Below are positions 19,039-28,068 of a DNA stretch of 64,000 nucleotides, in pieces. Each line of letters begins with the position of its first letter. Position 1 is the first letter of the stretch. Under the pieces are notes generated by a model, which searched no databases, had not been told where the DNA came from, and saw nothing but the letters and a program-made list of their open reading frames with translations. The DNA lies in the NCBI GenBank assembly GCA_044361745.1, contig JBIKIF010000001.1, forward strand, positions 16,104 to 80,103, given 5' to 3'. Made by a program: the position numbers and the translations under genes. The stretch comes from Holosporales bacterium (GTDB lineage: Bacteria > Pseudomonadota > Alphaproteobacteria > Holosporales > CAZGKG01).

Positions 19039-20343
19039 TTATGGGGCGCCTCCTTTCCAAATCACAGGACTCATCTGGACCAGGGGAGAGTCATGGGTGA
19101 GCATGAGATCTGTCAGAGCCCACACCAAGGCGTCCAGACGATCCGGGGAGAGAGGGCTTCCCGGGGTATAGGAAAGCATTTGGCTTTCCAGCTCTGGAAA
19201 TCTTTGGGTGTGAATCACGCGCTTTTGGGCGTACAGGGCTGCAATGGGTTCGGCTCGGATGTATTTCCCACGGCTGGCCCGGACTCCTGTGTAGGCGATC
19301 GCCTTATCCAGGCTGGTCATCAGGCTTTGGACTAAATCTCCTCCATTGTTGATTTCTGCAATCAGGGCGTTGGCTTGATACTTGTGGTATGCCGCAATGG
19401 CCCGCTTTCCCCAATCCACAGGACTCAAGCGACCACTCAGATCTTCAATCACATACGCCACTCCCTCTGTACTGATACCGGCCACCAGGATGCCCGTTTC
19501 ACAACTGTCATCGTGATAGGTGACTGCGGGATCCACCGCAACCACAAGGCGTTTGAAGGCCTCTGGGGGAGGGCTGGTTCCATGGACAATCATGTCTTCC
19601 CGCCAGAGCGCTGCTTCGGAAGAGGTTGGAAGCATCAGGCCTTCCAGTTCTTGGGCGCCAAATCGGGTGCCGCCGTAGCGGGCTTTGACATCTTTCAAAA
19701 AGCTCGGCGCCAAATGGTCTGCATTTTCAAAGGTGCTGCCGCGGGTGCACACACTGTCGGGACGCTCCAGAAGATGGGTGAGCAAAGGAATGGAGCGCGG
19801 GGTTGTGGTCACAATGACCCGAGGGTTTTGTCCTAAGCGAAGACCCAGCATTAACTGATCCCAGGATTCTTGAGCATAGGGAAATTTCCCCAGTTCATCC
19901 ACCCAGGCGGCATCAAACTGGGGGCCCCGCAGTTGTTCATAAACTTGCGCGCTGTAAAGCCATGCTTTCGCCCCGTTGGGCCAGATGAGGTGGTTGTCTT
20001 TTTTCCGGTAGACAGGTCCCGATCCCTTCGGAAACACAGAGAGAAGGCCGCTTTCCCCCTCCAGCATCACCTGACGGGCTTCTCCATAGGAGGCCCCTAA
20101 AAGGCAAATCCGCTTGGCCTTTCGGGACTCAATCCAGGCGCGAATCGTCTCTGCGCCGGTGCGGGTTTTCCCAAATCCCCGTCCGGCTAAAATCAACCAA
20201 ATTCTCCAGTCGCCCGAGGGCTCTCGTTGGGAGGGGCGGGCTTTGAGAGACCAATCATAGAGATGGCTTGTGTCCGCTCGGTGCGCCTTCTCGAGAGCGC
20301 CCCAGCGCGTCCATTTAGGAATGAGGGGATGGATCTGAGTCAT
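19039..20343 (-). CDS. Phage/GTA-type terminase large subunit
   Basis: WRIWLILAGRGFGKTRTGAETIRAW (Walker A) and DAAWVDELGKF (Walker B) resemble the RcGTA g2-type TerL of Alphaproteobacteria, and a C-terminal nuclease-like half is present. The ATG at 20343 is preceded by GGAG; the track start is TTG 20370. Confidence 0.8.
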   Translation of the reverse strand: MTQIHPLIPKWTRWGALEKAHRADTSHLYDWSLKARPSQREPSGDWRIWLILAGRGFGKTRTGAETIRAWIESRKAKRICLLGASYGEARQVMLEGESGLLSVFPKGSGPVYRKKDNHLIWPNGAKAWLYSAQVYEQLRGPQFDAAWVDELGKFPYAQESWDQLMLGLRLGQNPRVIVTTTPRSIPLLTHLLERPDSVCTRGSTFENADHLAPSFLKDVKARYGGTRFGAQELEGLMLPTSSEAALWREDMIVHGTSPPPEAFKRLVVAVDPAVTYHDDSCETGILVAGISTEGVAYVIEDLSGRLSPVDWGKRAIAAYHKYQANALIAEINNGGDLVQSLMTSLDKAIAYTGVRASRGKYIRAEPIAALYAQKRVIHTQRFPELESQMLSYTPGSPLSPDRLDALVWALTDLMLTHDSPLVQMSPVIWKGGAP

Positions 20344-20626
20344 GGGAAGAACTCCGCTCAAGGGCTTCAAGAAAAGCGTTCAAGGTTTCAGTGTCCCAGT
20401 TTGCAAAGGGGTTTGCTGGATCTGGGTTGGAACTTTTGGACTTTGAGGGCCCTTTGAGAGGAGGGGCAAGAAAGCCCCGGAGGCGTGCTGAGAGGGTCTT
20501 CGCACGGATGGCAGACGACCAAAGCTCTTGGGCGAGAAATTTTTCGTAGAGGTCTTCAACCTCTTGGATAAAGGTACGGCGTTCATGGACAGCGCCATGA
20601 TCGAAATCGCTCGGATGGAGGGACAT
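20315..20626 (-). CDS. Hypothetical protein in the position of a small terminase / GTA g1-like gene
   Basis: 103-aa ORF directly upstream of TerL and overlapping it by 29 nt. No motif was recognised; the call rests on position only. Confidence 0.35.
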   Translation of the reverse strand: MSLHPSDFDHGAVHERRTFIQEVEDLYEKFLAQELWSSAIRAKTLSARLRGFLAPPLKGPSKSKSSNPDPANPFANWDTETLNAFLEALERSSSHDSDPSPHS

Positions 20627-20805
20627 GGAATCTTCTCTTCAAAAATGGGGGAGACTTGATGATGACAGATCAATTGCCTTAAAAGCAAATTCTGAAAATT
20701 TTTTGAGAAGAAATTCTGGGGGCGATGCTTTAGAGACACATTTGAGGGCTTCAGTCAAAGAATTTTTTACCCATAAGTGGCAAAATTAAAGAATGAAATT
20801 AAAGA

Positions 20806-21669
20806 ATGAATGATGATGGGAAAAAAATCATGGCAAAAAATAAGCAGTCGTCCAGAGACTCTCGGGAATCCGAAGTGTCTCATCTGTCGTCCATCTCCTC
20901 TGGAATAATGGCTGCCGAGCTGGGGGCGAAAGACGTCTATAGGTGGCGGGTTTGGGCAAACGTTCTCTTTCCTCCATTAATGATCTGCCTTGTATTCTTG
21001 GCCCTCAAGCATTACCCGGTCTACAGCGGAGGCATATCATTCTTGGAACACATGGCGTCACTGGCCCGTGATCGCCAAGCTCTTGCTTTTCAAGAGGTTT
21101 TCTATGTATTTTTGTGGAAAGAATTGCTCCCCGAGGCCTTTCTTATCACCCTCATTTGGAGTTCAGTTGTTCCATTTCTCTTAGGGGGGGAGGCGCCCTC
21201 CTGGCGAAAGCCCCTTTTTTCTCCCGGGTTTTTTATCTATTACCTAGCCTTTTCATTATTCGCTCAAGTCAGCTGTACCCTAGGCTTTTTGGATGATTCG
21301 CTCTGGGGCAGTTTTTCCATTATGCTCGGTGTGTTCGTGTCTTGTTGGCTGGGCTTAAGATTTTTTTGTTTACCGGTTCTCATTGTCATGGGAAAACCCC
21401 ATCTGTTCAGGGTCAGTTGGCAATTAACCCGGAGACAGGTGTGGTCCATTTTTTGGGGAGCTCTCTATTTTGGCATCAAAATGGCTCTGACTATTCTTCT
21501 GCCTTTTACGATCGCTTCTTTTGTTTTTGTGTTCAAATCTCTGGACACGAATCTTTTCGTGAGGGGCTTTACCCAGATCTTTGCTCTGCTCTCGGCGCTT
21601 GTGACGTGCATTTACGCCTGTCAGTTGTACAAAGTTCTCAGCGCTTTCTCGGAGGAGCCAAAGGCCTGA
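20806..21669 (+). CDS. Hypothetical polytopic membrane protein
   Basis: 287 aa with about six hydrophobic helices after a charged N-terminus. No family was recognised. Confidence 0.5.
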   Translation: MNDDGKKIMAKNKQSSRDSRESEVSHLSSISSGIMAAELGAKDVYRWRVWANVLFPPLMICLVFLALKHYPVYSGGISFLEHMASLARDRQALAFQEVFYVFLWKELLPEAFLITLIWSSVVPFLLGGEAPSWRKPLFSPGFFIYYLAFSLFAQVSCTLGFLDDSLWGSFSIMLGVFVSCWLGLRFFCLPVLIVMGKPHLFRVSWQLTRRQVWSIFWGALYFGIKMALTILLPFTIASFVFVFKSLDTNLFVRGFTQIFALLSALVTCIYACQLYKVLSAFSEEPKA

Positions 21670-21709
21670 CCCTTTGATGGAACGGGGTCATCATTGAATG
21701 GATCCCATC

Positions 21710-22525
21710 CTAGGATCCCTCTTTCTCCGGAGGGGCTGAGCAAAAAAGCCTTCCATAAAAAGCAGCGAAAAATTGACGGGGGATCCAGAGATTTTCCCCT
21801 GTGGCGTCCCCTAAAACGGGATGGTGATCCAGGGTTCCTAAAACCGGCGGGGGGTGACCTTCTCCTTGACGGCTTCCGATCAGGTAGAACGCAAAGGGGT
21901 CAAAGGGATGGGTTTCCGGTGGATGTTTTATGAGCAAGTGCTTGAGAGGTCTGCAACAAAATTCCTGGTTGGACTGGGTCAGGGTCAGCTGGGGGTGTAC
22001 GCCATACCGAAAAAACTGACGCTGTCCGTCTTGGGCGATCCGTGAATTGAGGCCCAGAGTTGCAAAAGGGATGATCCCTTGGGCAAGAGATGGAGTCTGG
22101 CAGCGCCCCCTCTCCGCGCCATCGCCTTTTGGGTCCGCCGGACAGGGAAGACGTCCATGGGTTTGGACAAAGGCTGCCAGGGCGTAGAGGATTTGCTCTT
22201 GATGGGTGCGCGTTGTTTGAAGATGATGGGCCCATTTTTGGGCCCGATAGAGGGGGAGGCTGGCGCTGAGCAAAAGCCCAAAAACCATCAAACTGACCGT
22301 AAGCTCAATGAGGGAGAAGCCGCTCTCCCCGTTGGAGGGCAGGGAGGGAGAGGCGGCAGGCTGGGGATCATTCCCCAGGGGCTGTCTTTGGATCCTTGCT
22401 GCTGTCATGCCCCCCTTCAGCCAAGATTTTGAATGGGGAAATAGGCCCGATCCCCAGCGTTTGCGGGCCGCAAGCAAGATGTCCCCCACAGGTTCGGTTG
22501 GGGGTCGTTTTGGTCTCCCCGCCAT
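21710..22525 (-). CDS. Prepilin-type N-terminal cleavage/methylation domain protein (pseudopilin/pilin-like) with a long pre-sequence
   Basis: The G|FSLIELTVSLMVFGLLLSASL motif lies at residue 68 of the track ORF. The alternative start M40 (22408) still leaves a 30-aa leader. The gene starts 4 nt after the upstream pilin gene's stop. Confidence 0.7.
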   Translation of the reverse strand: MAGRPKRPPTEPVGDILLAARKRWGSGLFPHSKSWLKGGMTAARIQRQPLGNDPQPAASPSLPSNGESGFSLIELTVSLMVFGLLLSASLPLYRAQKWAHHLQTTRTHQEQILYALAAFVQTHGRLPCPADPKGDGAERGRCQTPSLAQGIIPFATLGLNSRIAQDGQRQFFRYGVHPQLTLTQSNQEFCCRPLKHLLIKHPPETHPFDPFAFYLIGSRQGEGHPPPVLGTLDHHPVLGDATGENLWIPRQFFAAFYGRLFCSAPPEKEGS

Positions 22526-22528
22526 CGC

Positions 22529-23194
22529 CTACTCCAAGGCCACGTAAAGAATACATGTGGGGTCTGTCACGTCCAAGCGATAGGTTCCGTCCCGCACACA
22601 TTGGCCCGCCTGGATCCCATGGCCCTCTCGCGCTTGGACACGCCCGCGGTGGGGGGCGCCATCATCCAGGTTTCCATCTAAAAAGGACGCTTGTGCCGGG
22701 GTCAAAAGGGGGCTTGTGTTTCGGTCCCCGTTCGCCTTACCCAGGATCAGCCACAATCCAGAGAGTCCGTCTGGGTCTTCTTCCACCGTGAATTCTCCTC
22801 CAACAGGGGTGGTGGGAAGACTGTGGGAAAATAAGGGATCGGAGGTTTTTCCTCCAGAGATCAGTCCACTTAACGCCAAGTGATTCCAAAATCCTGTACT
22901 CTCTTGCTGGGGCGCTCGACCAAGACCCGAAACATGACCGTCTTGATTTCCATCAAAGGTGTCTGCCCCCCAGAGCTGGGTGGCCCTTCCAAAATCTCCA
23001 GGCAGCGCCCCGTACCGTTCTTGAAAGACGCTTTTCCCCAATTGAATCTGGGTTATTTGAGACAACGTTTTGTGAAGGCGCGCGCTGAGGATAATGTCTC
23101 GCCCTTTAAGGGTGGCCCCAATCAGAACGCCCACCACCATGAGGCTCATGGCAATTTCGATGAGGCTAAAACCGGACTCTTTGTGGGACATCAA
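22529..23194 (-). CDS. Prepilin-type N-terminal cleavage/methylation domain protein (major pilin/pseudopilin candidate)
   Basis: MMSHKESG|FSLIEIAMSLMVVGVLIGATL is a classical short leader, followed by Gly-Phe, Glu5 and a hydrophobic helix. 221 aa, with an AT-rich promoter region upstream. Confidence 0.8.
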   Translation of the reverse strand: MMSHKESGFSLIEIAMSLMVVGVLIGATLKGRDIILSARLHKTLSQITQIQLGKSVFQERYGALPGDFGRATQLWGADTFDGNQDGHVSGLGRAPQQESTGFWNHLALSGLISGGKTSDPLFSHSLPTTPVGGEFTVEEDPDGLSGLWLILGKANGDRNTSPLLTPAQASFLDGNLDDGAPHRGRVQAREGHGIQAGQCVRDGTYRLDVTDPTCILYVALE

Positions 23195-23808
23195 ACCATA
23201 CTTTAAAAATTGAGCTATCTAAAATATATCAATATGTCAAAAAAACAAGAAAATCTAGAGATTTTTATGCTTTTTAAATATTTTTTAAAAAATGGAGGCT
23301 GTGTCTCGGGCTGAGGGGGAGTCTGTGGCACGAGGCTGCATGAGGTCCAGATGTTTATACGCCCGAACCTTAACCGGAACGCTGTCATCTTTGAGTGCAG
23401 TATTGAACGGAAGTACACAATCAAATGATTGTTTTTTATTCTGGAAACAGCAGGCTATCCCCAATTTTCCCCTTCTAACGTATTTGAGTGCTCCAAGGGT
23501 CTGGAAATTGTCATTGATCCTGTTGATGAAGGAGTATTGGGTATAAATTATCGAGATCTCATTTTTAAGAAATGTGATCTATCCCGTCCCTACTTTAGGG
23601 CAATGGAACGGTGCGCTCAAGTTTGAATGCATTCCAGAGCAGAGTTTAACTTACCCACAGTGCGCACCTCTTCTCAAGCTCTGCTTCAGCCCAATATTCC
23701 AAAAGTTTTGTTCTGCGGGTCTTTGACCTCCGTTCAGACTCTGTGAGGTCATGTGCCGCTATCCGTTGCGTCCTAATTTATGACGGACAGGCTCCTTGCT
23801 CTCTGGCA

Positions 23809-24111
23809 TCAAGGGGTTTTGCTTTGGGGGGGAGGAACAGGCTCATAAACGCCTAAAAGCCGGGAGGTAAATGGGTGCTGTGGTGCTTCGTAGCAGTCAG
23901 GATTCCCTAGGGTTTTATAGCAGTAAAGGGTCTTGCGTTTTGCCATTTGCGCCCGTGCTTCTGTACTGGGCCCAACCCATCCTGTTTTGAGGAGCTCACT
24001 TGCATGCTCGGCAGAGCTGCAGGCCATTAAAAGCCAAACTGTGCCCCAAATACAGACCACCCAACTCATGCGCACCCAGAAGATGGCTTTGCTTTTAAGG
24101 CGATTTAGCAT
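23809..24111 (-). CDS. Small hypothetical lipoprotein
   Basis: MLNRLKSKAIFWVRMSWVVCIWGTVWLLMAC|SS has a lipobox-like LMAC. The mature part contains CYKTLGNPDCY. The start is uncertain; the track ORF extends to 24174. Confidence 0.5.
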   Translation of the reverse strand: MLNRLKSKAIFWVRMSWVVCIWGTVWLLMACSSAEHASELLKTGWVGPSTEARAQMAKRKTLYCYKTLGNPDCYEAPQHPFTSRLLGVYEPVPPPQSKTP

Positions 24112-24444
24112 GAGAGATGCCCTTCTTGATTCCCGAATGAATGGATCGGTTACTGACGATCGATTGCCCTGCAATTTACAGGTCCTAGGTTAACAAGCTG
24201 TTCTTTAAACAAAAAAATGTTTGGAGTGAGCGATTTTCCCATCTCATGCAAAGTGCTTGTCATGGAGTGACTGAGTTGATTGTGTTTGCAGACAGGGTGG
24301 AGAACCCGGTGGAACATCACGGCTACCTTGAATTTGGAGACGATGGGCCTTGTGACTGTAGAGCACGAGACAATCAACCAGCACTTGGAGTCTTGGATTT
24401 CTGGAGGTGATCCAGGAGACGGATTCTGAGACTCTTTGGATTCA

Positions 24445-24478
24445 TCTGATACTAAGTTGGGTGCAACTTAGTATCAGA
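24445..24478. terminator. 14-bp perfect-stem hairpin (TCTGATACTAAGTT-GGGTGC-AACTTAGTATCAGA) 36 nt downstream of the rne stop
   Basis: Arms at 24445-24458 and 24465-24478 were verified by reverse complement. There is no strong U-tract on either strand, so terminator function is tentative. Confidence 0.4.
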
Positions 24479-24513
24479 CCTTTATTCAGATCGAAGCCGG
24501 CTTTGATCTGAGC

Positions 24514-27204
24514 CTAGGAATCCAGAAGGCGTTTCCACCAGGCCCCTTTAGGGTTTTTGGTGCCTCCCTCAGGCAGAGGCTCGGGTTCTGTCTTGCCTGT
24601 CTGATCATCTTTTGAGGCCTTGGCAGAGGTCCGGCGGGCCCGAGGTTTCGCAGGCGCAGGCGCTTCGGGGGAAGCCTGGGGGGCGCTGACGGGCGCTTCC
24701 TTTGGGGTAGCCCGTGAGCGAGGTTGACGTGCCTTCGTCGGTACGACCGTGGCTTCCTCAGAAGCGGGAGCACTCTCTGGCGGTAGGGCGTCTACTACAG
24801 TTTTCGGCTTTGAAGGAGCGCGCCGCTTCTTTGTGGGCGCAGGGGCTTGCGTAGCAGAGGGAGGCACAGGGTGCGCCAAAGGAACCAACGCTTCAACGTC
24901 CCCCGTCTCGGAATCCTCAGAGAGTACGCGCCGGATGGTTTCCCGCCCGCCTTTCGCAAAACGGCGGCCAAAATGCCGCGCTCCTCCAGGCCCCACCTTC
25001 AGATGAGTGGCGCCCCGCCGATTCAGACCCGTCAAGCTCTGAGTCTCTGAAGACGCGATCTCTTTTTCCTCTTCTCCAGAAGCTGCATCTAGGGAGGGAG
25101 CAGGTGCTGCCCGACTCTCAGATCTTTCCGGTCTGCGTCGTCTAGAACGTTGTTTCCGAGAAGGCGCAGAAATTTTTTCTGGGGGTGCTTCAGGGGAGGC
25201 GATTTCTTGAGCCGCAACAGCTACGCCTTCTTCTCCCTCTCCCTCATCGGTCATTCCAGGGACCACGAGCGGGCGCTTACGGGCAAAACGTCCTCCACGA
25301 TCAAATCCTTCTTGGGGCCTCTGATGGGAATGCTTGGGACGCTTGTCTTCGGACGGTACGGCAGAAACAGCACCCTGGGAGCTCTCAGCCTCTTCCCCCT
25401 CAGACGTGGTGTCCGGCGTTCCCTCAGGGTTTGGCTTCCGCCCACGATTCCGTCTTCGGGACCGACGACGTTTCGACCCCGACGGACGCTCCTCCGTTGA
25501 CCCCTCTGTAGAGCTTTCCGGAGTCTGGGCTTCTTCTGCCGCCGCCTCTGCCTCTAGATCAGCCGGATCGACTGTCATTTCGAGGGGAGGGAGGGTGGCA
25601 ATCCGCTCCGCCGCAGGCCTGTCTGACCCCTTCACATGCTCCACACGGAAATCTGGAGGAATCAAACTATCGTCCCGAATCACCGTGATTTTAAGATCAT
25701 ATTTTTGCTCTAGAGAAACCAGGCTGTCCCGTTTCTGATTGAGCAAATAAAAGGCCACTGTGGTGGGCAAATAAACCAGAAGTTCAGAGAACGTTCCTTC
25801 TATGCCCTCCATCTCCAAAGAGCGCAAGACCTGAAGAGAAGACGATTCCACAGAGCGCACGGTTCCTGTTCCCCGACATTGGGCACAGGGCATGCTAATG
25901 GTTTCCTCCAAGCTGGGCCGGAGGCGCTGACGCGACATCTCGAAAAGCCCAAAGCCACTGATAGTCCCCGTTTGAATGCGGGCCCGATCCCCTTTCAGAG
26001 ACTCCCGAAAGCGCTTTTCCACTTGGGCATTGGCCTTGCTGCTTTCCATGTCAATAAAATCGACGACAATGAGACCCGCCAAATCTCTCAACCGCAGCTG
26101 TCTCGCCACTTCTTCCGAAGCCTCAAGGTTTGTTTTCAGGGCTGTTTCTTCAATGTGACGCTCTCGAGTGGCACGCCCCGAGTTCACATCAATCGCCACC
26201 AAGGCTTCCGTTGGGTTGATCACAATGTACCCACCTGATGGCAGGGTCACGACGGGATGATGGATGTTGTCAATCTTACTTTCCACCCCGTAACGATGGA
26301 ACAAGGGAACCCGATTGTCCTTGTAGAGCTGCACCCGTTTAGCATGGCTAGGGGTGAGGATACGCATCAAACGTTTGGCCTCTTTGTAGCTCTCCTCTCC
26401 TTCGACCCAGACTTCCTCAATCTCTTTGCTATAAAGATCGCGGATCGCCTTGATCACCAGGTTCCCTTCTTCATAAATGAGCTGGGGTGCTTCAGCGGTG
26501 AGCGTTTTATCCCGGATCTCCTCCCAGAGACGCATGAGATAGTCGTAATCTCTTTTGATTTCCAGCTTGGTCCGCCCCATGCCTGCTGTCCGTAAAATAA
26601 GGCCGGCCCCTTCCATCACCTCCAAGGACCCCATAAGTTCCTTTAGACGTTTCCGATCGTCTGTATTGGTAATTTTACGGGAAATCCCCCCTCCTCGAGG
26701 CGTGTTCGGCATGAGAACACAGTAGCGCCCTGGGAGAGAGAGATAGGTGGTCAGTGCTGCCCCTTTCCCACCCCGTTCGTCTTTCACGACTTGCACCAAA
26801 AGCACCTGGCGCTTTTTAATGACCTCTTGAATTTTATAGGGCCGGGCACTCTTCAAGCGAGAGCGCACTTTGGGGGTTTCTTCATCCCCGTCTTCTTCCT
26901 CATCTCGCGCCTGGTTTTCTTCCGACAGCGATTGGCGTAATTTTTCTTGGTCCTCCACGGGAACCTTGTAATAATCGGGGTGAATTTCGCCGAAGGCTAG
27001 AAACCCATGGCGATTACTCCCAAAATCCACAAAGGCCGCTTGGAGAGAGGGCTCGACCCGCACCACTCGTGCGAGATAAATATTCCCCTTAATGGGTTTT
27101 TTGGTGGAAGTTTCACATTCAAATTCTTCTAGATAGTCTTTATCTAGTACCACTACACGGGTTTCTTCCACGTGCGAGGCATCAATCAGCATTCGCTTTG
27201 CCAT
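24514..27204 (-). CDS. rne: Ribonuclease E
   Basis: The N-terminal catalytic half begins MAKRMLIDASHVEETRVVVL and contains an S1 domain, DVNSGRAT, and the CxxC Zn-link CAQCRGTG. The long C-terminal half is Arg/Glu/Pro-rich and low-complexity. Start at 27204; the track ORF extends to 27306. Confidence 0.9.
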   Translation of the reverse strand: MAKRMLIDASHVEETRVVVLDKDYLEEFECETSTKKPIKGNIYLARVVRVEPSLQAAFVDFGSNRHGFLAFGEIHPDYYKVPVEDQEKLRQSLSEENQARDEEEDGDEETPKVRSRLKSARPYKIQEVIKKRQVLLVQVVKDERGGKGAALTTYLSLPGRYCVLMPNTPRGGGISRKITNTDDRKRLKELMGSLEVMEGAGLILRTAGMGRTKLEIKRDYDYLMRLWEEIRDKTLTAEAPQLIYEEGNLVIKAIRDLYSKEIEEVWVEGEESYKEAKRLMRILTPSHAKRVQLYKDNRVPLFHRYGVESKIDNIHHPVVTLPSGGYIVINPTEALVAIDVNSGRATRERHIEETALKTNLEASEEVARQLRLRDLAGLIVVDFIDMESSKANAQVEKRFRESLKGDRARIQTGTISGFGLFEMSRQRLRPSLEETISMPCAQCRGTGTVRSVESSSLQVLRSLEMEGIEGTFSELLVYLPTTVAFYLLNQKRDSLVSLEQKYDLKITVIRDDSLIPPDFRVEHVKGSDRPAAERIATLPPLEMTVDPADLEAEAAAEEAQTPESSTEGSTEERPSGSKRRRSRRRNRGRKPNPEGTPDTTSEGEEAESSQGAVSAVPSEDKRPKHSHQRPQEGFDRGGRFARKRPLVVPGMTDEGEGEEGVAVAAQEIASPEAPPEKISAPSRKQRSRRRRPERSESRAAPAPSLDAASGEEEKEIASSETQSLTGLNRRGATHLKVGPGGARHFGRRFAKGGRETIRRVLSEDSETGDVEALVPLAHPVPPSATQAPAPTKKRRAPSKPKTVVDALPPESAPASEEATVVPTKARQPRSRATPKEAPVSAPQASPEAPAPAKPRARRTSAKASKDDQTGKTEPEPLPEGGTKNPKGAWWKRLLDS

Positions 27205-27639
27205 ATATCGTCCTTTGTCGCGCCTGAGCGCCATCACACAAAGGAGACGCCTCAAGGCACATAAATGGTTTTGAAACACATGAAGAGGAGATAGACCCCT
27301 ATGCAATGAGTTTCCCTGTCGAAAAGGGAAATCACGGGAGCCTCACGATTCCTTGGACAGAAGGGCGGCATCTTACAAAAAAACAAAGCGTAAGATGAAC
27401 CCGTCAAGGAACACATGGCTTAGATGAAGTCCGGGAACGTTGAGCCCATAAGCTCAAACCCACACAGAACACTCAACTGACAAACACTCAAATCCAGCCC
27501 TATCAAAAAGTGACACAGGAAGACCCGACGATTTCCAAAATCTGCAAATCTACCATACAAACGATCCCTCTGATTCACAACAGAAAAATTTTTCTTTTGG
27601 GGATTCACCTCCGCATCGAGAAAAATGGTCTCGTGAAAA

Positions 27640-27873
27640 TCATCGTGAAGATGACATCTGATCCGGCGTGACCCCGAGGGTTCCGTCAGGGGCACACGTA
27701 ATCTGATCTACCCGCATACGGGCAGATTTTAGCTGTTCATCGCAGAGGTTTTTTAGGGTGATGCCCCGCTCATAGACAGAAACCGCTTCCTCAAGGGTGA
27801 CCTGTCCTTCTTCTAGGCGGCGGACCAGTTGCTCTAGTTCCTTCAGAGCGTCTTCAAAACGGATGTCGGTCAT
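27640..27873 (-). CDS. xseB: Exodeoxyribonuclease VII small subunit
   Basis: MTDIRFEDALKELEQLVRRLEEGQVTLEEAVSVYERGITLKNLCDEQL is the XseB pattern. Start at the internal M of track ORF 27640..28020. Confidence 0.85.
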   Translation of the reverse strand: MTDIRFEDALKELEQLVRRLEEGQVTLEEAVSVYERGITLKNLCDEQLKSARMRVDQITCAPDGTLGVTPDQMSSSR

Positions 27874-28061
27874 AGGATTCTCCCATAAAAAAATAATCCA
27901 AGAAGTGCAATGGCAATGCCTTGCAACAGAATACGGGCGCGCATCCAGAAGGCAGAATTCTGAGAAGGTTCCGCCCGGATAAAAGATTTGAGGCCCATTC
28001 CAAGAGAGGCGACGACACAAAGCAAAGAGAGTCCTAAAATAACCATTTCTGTCATAGTCAA
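27870..28061 (-). CDS. Twin-transmembrane-helix small protein (HIG1-like)
   Basis: 63 aa with two hydrophobic helices and an R-x-R-x3-Q motif (MRARILLQ) between them, as in HIG1-domain proteins. It overlaps the xseB start by 4 nt. Confidence 0.5.
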   Translation of the reverse strand: MTMTEMVILGLSLLCVVASLGMGLKSFIRAEPSQNSAFWMRARILLQGIAIALLGLFFYGRIL

Positions 28062-28068
28062 AAGACCT

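Noticed and set aside
24246-24410. A 54-codon plus-strand ORF (MQSACHGVTELIVFADRVENPVEHHGYLEFGDDGPCDCRARDNQPALGVLDFWR), below the track cutoff and ending 35 nt before the 24445-24478 hairpin.
   Set aside because: There is no Shine-Dalgarno sequence before the ATG and no recognisable family, so it cannot be supported from sequence alone.
27205-27695. Track ORF 27420..27695 (91 aa, minus strand) between xseB and rne.
   Set aside because: It overlaps the xseB 3' end, has no motifs, and sits where a long rne 5' UTR is expected. I treat it as non-coding leader, but I could not verify an RNase E autoregulatory hairpin by eye.
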